DNA from: Camelus dromedarius
Lineage: Eukaryota
Direction of reading: 5' to 3'
Assembly (NCBI RefSeq): GCF_036321535.1
Contig: NC_087436.1
Location: 121,522,001 to 121,586,000, forward strand
DNA: 64,000 bases
Below the pieces are notes generated by a model that saw nothing but the letters and a program-made list of their open reading frames with translations, searched no databases and had not been told where the DNA came from. A program made the position numbers and the translations under genes. Positions 1 to 9,900 of this stretch are shown in pieces (position 1 is the first letter of the stretch; the number at the start of each line of letters is the position of its first letter).

Positions 1-2920
1 AGACAGTGCCTCTGAGCTGGAAGATCAGAGAAGACTACAAAGAAGAGGACACAGAGAAACTGGACCCTGAAAGGTGTAAAGAACCAAACAAGAAAAAGAG
101 CACGAAGGGCCACTGCAAAAAAAGTTGGAGTAACAAGCTCACAAGAACACGTTCAAGGGAACACAGGAGTCGTTCAATTATACAGGGATGCACTAGGGAT
201 CTCTTGGGCGAGGACACATGAAGTGCAACGAGGGAAACAAAAATATTGGCTATTACACCTCTGGAATCAAAAGGTTTATATGTTACTTCCAGAAACTCCT
301 TGCAAACCCTCAGCAAGAGAGCGCATTCATGTAACCGGTACATTGAGTTTCCGCGCTAAGCAGACTGCTGGGTAACACTACAACCGGAGATCAGAACGGA
401 ACTGCTACACTTAAGACCCAAATCCACATTCAACGCACCCACCACAATATTCCTTCCTCTGTGTTCATGTGGTCAATTTCCTCAAGAGGTAAAATGGAGC
501 TAGAGTCTCCTCAGATGCATGATGTGAAACAATTTCAGCTTATCATTTAAAGCAATTAAAGTTCATAAATTGCTTAACAAATGTATTGCACAGAAGGAAA
601 ATCCTAAATTTTAAAAAAAAGCAGTGACTTATGCGTTTTACATTATTAATATGACTGTGTCATACTTCCTTAAAGGGCACCGGGCCCAGAGACACACACA
701 CACAATCTTTTCCAATGTGGTAGCATCTGCCAACACTCCTGAGAAGGAGAAAAGGTTCTAACAAACCTGTCTGAGACCCAAAAGAGAAAGAGATCGATTT
801 TACATGAAATACATCTAGAAAATGACTGGACTCTCTCATAATGTTAAACCGCCGCTGCAATTCCCAGGGCCAACACGTAACTGTCATGCTGTGTTCACTC
901 CCTTCACAAGTTAATGTCCTAACATGTGAGCCAGAGAAACTAACCGAGGGCTGGCCTCAGGGAACAGACGTGTGTCCAAGAAGGCAGCTCCTGGGAAAGA
1001 CTCGTAAGCTTCTAAAGGAAAGGAACAAACAGTTTCCAGCTTGGGAACACAGCCCACAACTGTAGCCAGCAGGCAGCGTTTAGTACTCACACCTTTCTGA
1101 TACTTCACACTCAACTTGTCTAAGCATTAACCACACCGATGTAATACCTCTTTCAACACAGGAGTGGAGATCCTCTGCTGACCGGGGTAGGCCTCGTAAG
1201 AGTTACACCACCACAAGGTAACACTCTAGGGATCAAAAATTAAAGCTTTCTTGTGAAACTATCACTGTGGTCCTAAGCTTTATGGCAGAAACTGGCAGTG
1301 TCATGCTCCTCAGCACTTACGGAACACTTAGACTCACCTTATTACCTAAGCTCTACAGCATTATAGGAAAATCTGTTCGGTCCAATAGTCCCTTTTTGTA
1401 CATTACATGCAGGTACGAAAGCAGAGTGGAAAGAAGACAGGTTTAGCCTCAGTAGGACCTGACCTCCACGCAGGATGACTCACTTCCACTACCAGTGTGG
1501 AGTTCACAGTGAGGGACACCACAAACAACGCTCCACTGAAACACTGCTCTGAGGGCCACGCACGGCCTCACCAGAAAAGTGAGGCCCGGTTCCTTCTACC
1601 CATCCTCATTCTTCTACTCAAAATAACTCACATTAGCACACAAAAACACTGAGGTCTCGATATTCAACTCCTAATATAAGAAACACTGTACAAAATAAAA
1701 GTTCACTGCTTCTTGGCTCAGAATCCTTCCATTTAAACCCTAACTTCAGCAGCTAATTCTCTGTCCTACTCAATGTTACTTCAAGAATTTCCCATACAGT
1801 GTTTCCGATTCAGGGTCCCCAAGGTGTTGAGCAGCCATGTACTATCAAGACCTTTCCTCTTGAAAGGCCCTTAGGACACAAATGGGAAGGAGGGGAAGCT
1901 TAAAAAGAAAACAAAGCCCAAAGATCTGAAACAGCTGTGTTCCAGGATAATTTCTCTCACAGAACGTTACTCAGTATTCTGATCACAGAGGAATTTATTG
2001 ATGCTTCTCAACAGCATCCCAAGTCAGCAGGAGCACCACTTTGCTGACATCTGCACCCAGGATGGCACCCCGAACCCTGGGAGATGGAGCATAAAATACT
2101 TCCAGACTGTCTTATATATGCAGCCTTCGGCATCACTCTGTTCCCAGCACAAAGACAAGCGGCTGCTCCAACACCGACTCCGTAAAAGGGAAGGGGCTTT
2201 AAGGACTACGGGTGGACTCTGCTGCCAGCTCTCTGATCTCTTGGGAGGCAGGAGACAGGAAACTCCGCCTGGGACAGAGGACTCTACTCCTGGGGTCTCC
2301 GAGCAGAAGGGCTGGGCCAACTGCTGCTTTTACATTGCTATTAGGGTAAACAAGTAAATTCTTACTTGTTTAAGCTATCCCTAAGTCGGGCTAAAACCCA
2401 CACCATTAAGTCTCAGACACCATTAAACCTCAAAACCAAGAAGCTACATTAAAAAAAAGACTAAAAACCCCAAAGGAAAGGTCTCGCCAGGGTAGTTACA
2501 GGATCCTCTCCTTTGTCCTTTAAAGACCCCAAAGGCACGGTTCTTTTTTGCTGGCTACTCTCGCTGGTCTGGCTTCCTCCCTCAGGGAACAGGTCACTGC
2601 TCTCCTGGTACTGAAGCAACAGCAACCCGACGACGTTGCAGAGAGAGCAGGACGCGGAGCAAGTTCAGACAGCGAGAGCAGAGAGCAGGCTACCTTCACC
2701 GAGTCCGGAGGGCTGAAAGGGGTGTAGGGGAGGAGACGGAGCAGTTTAAGCTTCAGGGGGGCTCAAGCTGACCACTCGCTGACTGACCAATCTCGAGAGT
2801 GAGGCTGCGCCGACCCCTCGCAGGGTCGGGATTCTGCAGGGGACCAGGTTTCTCGCAGGATCGGGGTCCCGCAGGGCATCGGGGCTCCGCGGCGGGGTTG
2901 GGGCGTCGCTGTGTACCCAC

Positions 2921-2972
2921 CTTGGCGCGCTTTCAGCAGCATCGAGTTGGCCAAGCGGTTCTCGACCTCGAC
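2921..2972 (-). CDS. GRK4: G protein-coupled receptor kinase 4, first coding exon equivalent; canonical ATG absent (GTC at 2972-2970), in-frame ATG at 2942-2940; rest of gene lies beyond window start
   Basis: Minus strand reads VEVENRLANSMLLKARQ+G then donor CAAG|GTGGGT (intron starts 2920). Matches the recalled GRK4/5/6 N-terminus MELENIVANxLLLKAR and the 52-nt phase-1 first exon; head-to-head with NOP14 as in human. Confidence 0.85.
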
Positions 2973-2980
2973 AGACCAAT

Positions 2981-3031
2981 GCCGCCGCCGCCGCCGCCGC
3001 CCCCGCCCCCGCCGTCCCCGCCGCCGCCGCC
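2981..3031. repeat. GCC/CGG trinucleotide repeat in GRK4 5' leader
   Basis: (GCC)7 at 2981-3001 followed by interrupted GCC/CCCCG units. Confidence 0.8.
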
Positions 3032-3734
3032 GGGACCCGGCTCCGCGGACAGGGGGCGGCGGAGAGGCGGGGGGAGCCGGCTCTGCCCATCGCTCGCCGG
3101 ACGCGGCGGGGGGCTCCGCACTGGGTCCCGGGGAGCTGCCCTGGCGCCGCCCCACCTCCTCCCGCTTCTGCCGCCGCCGCCACGGCCACCAGCCGCGCCG
3201 CCGCCTCCGACGCCGCCGCTGCCTCTGGCGCTGCCGGCTCTGGCCCGGGGACGCCCCGTCCTTGGGGTCCGGGGCTCCAGCCGGGGAGCGGGCGGGCCGG
3301 GGGGCGCTGGTGGCCCGGCCGCCTCCGGTCCCCGCGGTCACCGCGGCCGCGCCGTGGCCCAGGATGTCGGCCCCATCGCCCGGGGAGGGGCTCGCTGGCA
3401 GGCGCGCTGCGGCCGCCGCCGCCACCAGCTCTCTCAGCGGCGGGCTCCGACCAACGGCTTCCCAGAAGAGGGAGCCCGAGCGCTCCCCTCCCGGCGCCCT
3501 GAGACGGGGGCGGTGCCGCGCGGGCTCCCACAAGGCCCCGCGCGCGCAGCCTGCCGGGAGTTGTAGTCGCTCAGACGGCGGGCGTGGCGGTATTTACCCG
3601 ACGTTCCTACCGCCTCCGTCCTCGCGAGACTGGGGCCCGTACTCCAGGCTCCCGGGCCGCACGTGTCTGCCGAGGGAGCCTGCTCTCCGGCCGCCGCCGC
3701 CTGCTCCAAGCCCTGAGGTGCGGCGACTGTCACC

Positions 3735-3929
3735 ATGGGGAAGGCCAGGTCCGCCGGGGCGCGCGGGAAAGCCCCTGGGGCCCCGGCGGGCGCGCGGGGC
3801 GGCCGGACGCGGCCCAACCCCAACCCGTTCGAGGTGAAAGTCAACCGGCAAAAGTTCCAGATCCTGGGCAGGAAGACGCGCCACGACGTGGGGCTGCCCG
3901 GGGTGTCGCGCGCGCGGGCCCTCCAAAAG
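3735..3929 (+). CDS. NOP14: NOP14 coding exon 1 (195 nt)
   Basis: Kozak caccATGg; ends RARALQK, donor AAG|GTAAGC. Confidence 0.95.
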
Positions 3930-6900
3930 GTAAGCGGGCCGCCGTCCGGCCGCGGTGGGCGCCCGGCCCTAACCCCCGGGCCCCGGCCGCCCGCGGCGCA
4001 GTCTCGCGGGCCGGACCGCAGGGATGTGGGCCACGCTGCGCGCTTCCTTCTCTGCGTCTCAGTTTCCTCGTCTGCAAATCTGAGACGATGGTAGTCCCTG
4101 CATCCGAGGGCTGCCGCTTGGAGCCCTCCAGACAGTGCCTGGCCCAGTTAGACGTCGCATGTCGTGTGTATCATGTGTCAGTTCAACAATTTTTACTTTC
4201 GTGCTTCTGCTTTTGCGTGGGCTGGGACGACGTTCCCCTGGAAAACGCCTGCCCCTCCTTGGAGACCCAGCACACGTGTGTTTCCTTCGGCTCCTTTTCC
4301 AGCTCTCTCAGGTAGAGATCATCACTTCCTGATGCCGTGGCCCTGTACCTACCTCTTGTAACCTGTCCTCTTTTGAGACAGAGCTCTGCTGGTTTAGGGA
4401 CCCCAGATCTCTGTCTGCACTGGAGAGGGGATTACATGGGATGCTCACTGTATGTTTAAAGAAGAGAACCATGTTCCTTGCAAGGTAACTGAAATGCTCC
4501 CTTTGTGGAAAATCTCAGCTTTCACCTTACCTGTGTTTATGGTCCCAGAACATTCTGTACTTTAAAATTCAGTTCAGGTGGCATTCTGTACGCAGCTTCT
4601 AAGATGTGCTCATTAGTTAGTTTGACAAAATTTAGTGTTACTCTGAAGAGGTATTAGTAGGTTGCTGTGTTATGGAAAGATGTGTTACAGCTCAGTTGTG
4701 ACAGCAACCTGGATCCAGGCGAGAGACCAAACAGCACTCGGAGAGTTGGAGAACTCAGGTTTATTATGCCAGCTGTACCGGAGGAGTTAACACTCCCAAG
4801 CTCTGGACCCCGTCTGTAGGTTTACACAGGCCTTTATAGGTTGCCAGTTTTACACTTTGTAACATCATATGCAAATAAAGTATAACCGAAGTTGACCAAC
4901 TAGGAACAAGCTTTGTAGAAATAGACCAATCAGGAATGAGAGAAATAACCAATCAGGAGTGAGTTCCATGCAAATGAAGTACTACAAATGGACCAATCAG
5001 AAGTTAGGGAAGTTGACCAATCATTAGTGAAGGAAATAACCAATCAGAAGTGAGCTCGGGGAACCAATAGAATTTTAGGGGTAAGTAAGCCGTTTTAGAG
5101 GCAAAAAGTGAGATAGAACCTCTGGGCCAGGGAACCAGATGGTGCTGGCAAGAGAGTAGTGGCCCTGCTTGGGGGTCCTGCTGGTCTTTTTATGGGGCTT
5201 TCTGCCTCTGGTGAAAAAATTAAGGCACAGAAAGGACAAGTAAATTTTCTAAGGGCGCACAACTGGTAAGGGCTGGGGCTTGCACTGGGTTTGAACATTT
5301 GTGAAGACTGTGCTCTGCAGAACACTTATGTTCAAGCTCAGTTCTAGAAGTGGAGAGGTAGAGTGAATTAAGACTTGGCCCTGCCTTCAAGGGCGCGTGA
5401 TCTGTATTCTGTCACACAGCGTACAGTTCACCTGATGTTTGAATGGAATCAGATGTCATCCTTATTGCAAGGAGCTGGCAGTAGTAGCAGACAAGACAGA
5501 TTTGCAGTTGACTCTGACGTGTCCCTGACTGCACGCCGCCAGGCAGGCGAGGGGAGTGGGGACGGCGGGGGCTCTGGAATAGACATGTTTGTCTTCACCA
5601 CTGAAGCCTCAGTTTTCTCGTTCCTGAAGTGAGGACGGTAATACACATTCTCCTTCTCGTGGTGGTTGTAAGAGTTAAATAAAATAGCCATTTAAAACAC
5701 AAGTCAGTTTTCTCTAAGTACTAGCTGTTAGTCTTAAACTTCTCAGCTTGTCCTTAGACTCCCTCAGTCTGGTCCCTTGCTCTGCCTCATGCAACTCAGT
5801 TTGTCCAGGAAGACCTGTCTTACCACACACATCGCTCAAGGGCCAGCTCAAGTCACCACTTCTGATAACTTTTCCAAACCCCACAGCTCAGAGGACAGGT
5901 TGCTCCTGCCCATGTATCAGACTGGCCCACCTCCCTGCTCTCTGCAGAGGGCATTAAGGAGGTGTTGCTGCTTCCTCTGAGTCCCCAGTGCTTGGCCCAC
6001 AGTAGAGACTCAAGTATTGGGAAGAATCAGCAGTAGACCCTGAGTGCTCCGGGGGCTCAGTCGGAAGAAGGTGTAATAGGAACCTCGGAAAAGTCTCCCC
6101 AGAGGGAGTCACACTTGAGCGGAAGGGTGAGCAGGGTGTTCTCACACGGGGACGGAGGCACGTTGCCCCGTGGTGGACGGAGTTGGTGGGTGTGGGGTTG
6201 GAGAGCCCAGAGCTGTTGGGGGAAGACAGGGTGCGTTGACACGTGTAGGGCATGCGGGCTGGCCGGGTAGGCTGCGGCCTTCCCTTTTGTGCAGGGAGCG
6301 GTGGGAGCACTTTGGGGCAGCCCTTCGTGTGCAGTGAGATTAGGCTTTGTGTTGAGACTGCTGGTGCCACTCCCAGCACCGTCACGTCACACTGTGCCTC
6401 AGTTTCCTCATTTCTAATGTACTTTGTAAAACAACAGTAGTTAATAGATTGATCCCGTAAAATGGGACAGGCATTGTGTTAAGAATTTTACATTTAAACC
6501 TCACAGTCAGGCTTTCGAGGGGACAAGTACTATCCCCATCTTGCACATGAGGAAACTGAGACAGGGAGCAGTTCTGTAACTTTCTTCCGGTCGGAAGTGA
6601 TGGAGCTGAGGCCCAAACCGAGACTCGAGTGCACAGTGCTCACACTGTAGCCACCCTGTGCCCGGCTCTGTCCTGAACTGTGTTCTCCTCTTAACCCTCC
6701 TGATCTCCTTAACAGCCTGAGGTAGGAGGAGCTACCATTGTCTCCCCTTCACGGGTGAGTCCACGAATTGCTTCCCAGAGTCCGTGCTGGGAAGGGGTGG
6801 AGCTGGTGAGAGTCAGTGCCCTCGCTCCTGCCTGCACCTCCCAGGCACCTGCACACGTCTGGAGTGACGGAGAGTGCTGCGCGTGCTGGCTTGGGGTCAC

Positions 6901-9900
6901 CGACGAATTTTAGCAGTAGACAGATTTGCAGATGCCACATCTGCAAATAAAAAATATTGACTGTGTATACAAATAGATGCACGTGCATAATGACCAGAGA
7001 CCGCAAGCAGTGCGGCTGCGTCTCTGTGTCTGTGACTGAGCGTGACGTCCCTGCGACATAAACAGCTTCCTTTCGTCTCCTTGTTCCATGTGTCCCTTCC
7101 TCTCAGCTGGAACCTCAGCTCCTCGGGCTTCTGTACCTGATGGAATGGCCTCTGGGTGCTTAATGGTTCTGTTTTGTTTTGGTTGCCGTTGTTTCTCTTC
7201 ACCCTCTGGCGTTAGGTGTGGAAACACTGACGCGTGCCCTAGAGCGCCCCCTGGGTTCCAGACATAGTGCTGTTTGCTGTTTCCCCTCTGTGGTTGAGAT
7301 GAGTCTTTCCAGCCGGTAGATCAGCATTTTGGGGACTGTTCGATTTCCATGTCCTGAGGCATACATATAGAATGGCATCTTCCAATTCATTAGAGCCGTC
7401 GCTGGAAGCCTCTCCCCTTCGGGGACTGATTGCCAGGCCGTCAGAGCTCAGAGTTGCCTGGGCCCTTGAGAGACTGTTCTATGGTCTGTTTTTCAGCGCA
7501 CCCAGACTTTACTAAAGGAGTACAAAGAAAGGGACAAGTCCAATGTGTTTAAAGATAAACGCTTTGGCGAGTACAGTAGCGACATAAGCCCAGAGGAAAA
7601 GATGCTGAAGAGGTTTGCTTTGGAACAGCAGGTATGGAAAACACTGGGCGAGGGTCTTTTGCTGTAGCTTTACACGTAAGTCAAGCACGGGGAGAAGGCA
7701 GTTTCCCCCTTGTTCATCTATACTCTCTTGGGCCCTTGCCCACCAAGCTCAGTGGGTGGGTCTTGAATCCTGTACCTAGTCTGGCTGGGCCAGAGAGGAA
7801 GCCGCCTTCTGCACATACCAGCTGGGTGGGTAAATTTCTTAAGCAGGGTTCACGGCAGCGATGTGCCCTGGAGTTCCAGACTCAGCTGCTGCCTCCACCT
7901 TGGTCGTGGATCGCAGCGCAGTCCTGGTGGGCAGAGCTGCATGATTTCCCAGTGCCCAAGACAGGCCTGCTGATTTATTTACCATCTGTGGGTTCTGTTT
8001 CTATCAGAATCTTTGCTCAAATGGCCCAGAATAACCTTAACATTATCACATTGCACAAAATTGGAAAAATCACTTTTTTTATGTTAAATGGATATGGAAA
8101 TGATAGGACACTGATTTTTTTTTTCCTGTTCTGTCAGCGACAACATGAAAAAAAAAGCATCTACAACCTAAATGAGGATGAAGAACTAACTCACTACGGC
8201 CAGTCCCTGGCCGACATCGAAAAGCACAATGACATTGTCGATAGCGACAGTGACTCTGAGGACCGTGGAGCGCTGTCTGGTAAGGACGGGGAGTGGCGAG
8301 TCACCCTCTGCCCGCCATTGCACATTCTGCCTGCTCTTCTCAGAGACCTGGAACACACTCCAGGAAGCAGAAGAATCACTGATTGATTCAGCAAATAATT
8401 GGTTTATGTGCCAGGCACTGCCATTGGTTCTGAAGAAATAGCAGTGAATAAAATCTACCTACAGCTCACGTTTTCTGGGGAAACCCAGACAAAAACAAAA
8501 TACATCACTAAGTCATGCAGACTAGTCAAAAGCAGAAGGGCCATGGGTAAAAATAAAGCAGGGGGAGGTCTGGGACGTGCCATCAGATGGTCCTGATAAG
8601 CATCACCAAAAAGGTAGTGGTCGTGCAGGCTCCCAGAGGCCTCGCCAAGGTCCCAGGCCTGAGGTGGGCGTGTGCCTGGGACCAGCCAGGAGGCTGGCAA
8701 GGGCGATGGCAACAGGTGGACGGCCAGGGTGCCCTAGGACCCAAGAGAGTGTCTGTCTTCTACTCAGGAGCCACTGGAGGGATCTGAGTGTGGGAGGACG
8801 TAGTCCGGTGGGGCGGCACTGAGAGGGCTCCCTGAAGAGTCTGAGTGACCCCTGGGGATATGACCCAAGCAGCTGGAGAGATGGGATTGCCATAAACGGG
8901 TCCCAGGGAGTTTGGGTGCCCATTAACCAGCCAAGGGGAGGTGTCCAAAGGGCTGTGGAAGGCTGAGTCCCCAGAGCTGCCGCCTTAGGAGCAGGAGGGA
9001 AAGGGGGGTCGGGAGCCATGGTGAGGTCCTGAGCAGAGCTTCAGCCCAGGCTGCTGAGGACAGGAGGAGGGGGAGTTGGCCTTGAATGAGGTCAACGTCC
9101 ATTCAGAGGAGAGCCCAGGAGCCAGAGTGGAGTGAAAAGAAGAGACCGAGGGACTGAAGACAGAGGAGCTCTGTGGGAGGGTTTTACTGTGCACAAGGGG
9201 GAGAAGGGTTTGGGGGGTGGGTTGGGAGAGTGTGTCCATTAACCCGAGAGAAACGAGGTGGGGGGCAAGATGCAGTAGAAAGAGGCCAGGCGGTAGAGTG
9301 CCCTCCAGTGGCTGGGGCGGGAGGGCAAGGTGGGCCTGGGCCAGCTCTGCTGGAGCTGGGGGCGGCACAGGACCAGGCCCAGAGCTGCCGTTGGGTGCCA
9401 GGCCTGGGCAGCAGAGGCGCTGCAGGGCTGAACACGTCCAGGCGGGGCGAGTGGACGGGAACACGGTGCAACTGACTGGTGGCCTCAGCAGCCCACCTGG
9501 AGCCAGCCACCCGAAATAACCTGCTGCCTGCCTGCCTTCGCTCCATGCCTTCACCTGCTCTACTGTGGCAGGGAGCAGGCAGAGGTGGATTTAATGAGGA
9601 AGCAGGGTTGGAGCCGGGGGTGGGGGTGTTGCAGCGCAGGAGCGGGGCTCGGCCAGGGCTGCGGCTTTGGGCCGTCGGGGTCAGAGTGCTGGAGGCTGGA
9701 GCCACAGACACCACCTAAAACATTCTCTTTCTGTTACTGGGGTGAGATTTTGGGTAAATTGCTTAACATCTAAGCCTCTGTTTTCTCAGCCAAGAAACTG
9801 GATTTTCTAAGCTTTCTTTCTATTACAAAAATCAATAATTCCCATGGTGTTTTATTTCTCTCTCCCCTGGTAGCTCAGGCAGAGCTAGGAATCAGTGACC

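Larger units (their letters stand above)
2750..4050. promoter_or_regulatory. CpG island / bidirectional promoter of GRK4 and NOP14
   Basis: Very high GC and CpG density spanning both first exons. ZNF143/THAP11-type motif (minus GACTACAACTCCCGGCAG) at 3551-3568, CCTCGCGAGA at 3620-3629, E-box CACGTG at 3660-3665. Confidence 0.9.

Noticed and set aside
2746..4315. Multiple long overlapping ORFs (240-308 aa) on both strands
   Set aside because: Low-complexity Arg/Pro/Gly/Ala translations caused by stop-codon scarcity in a CpG island, several with non-ATG starts; only the GRK4 and NOP14 exon parts are protein-like.
4890..5070. Regularly spaced ACCAATCAG repeats superficially like a repeat-spacer (CRISPR-like) array
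   Set aside because: Units are ~9 nt with a ~23-nt period inside an LTR U3 region of a mammalian genome, with no cas genes; explained as CCAAT boxes.
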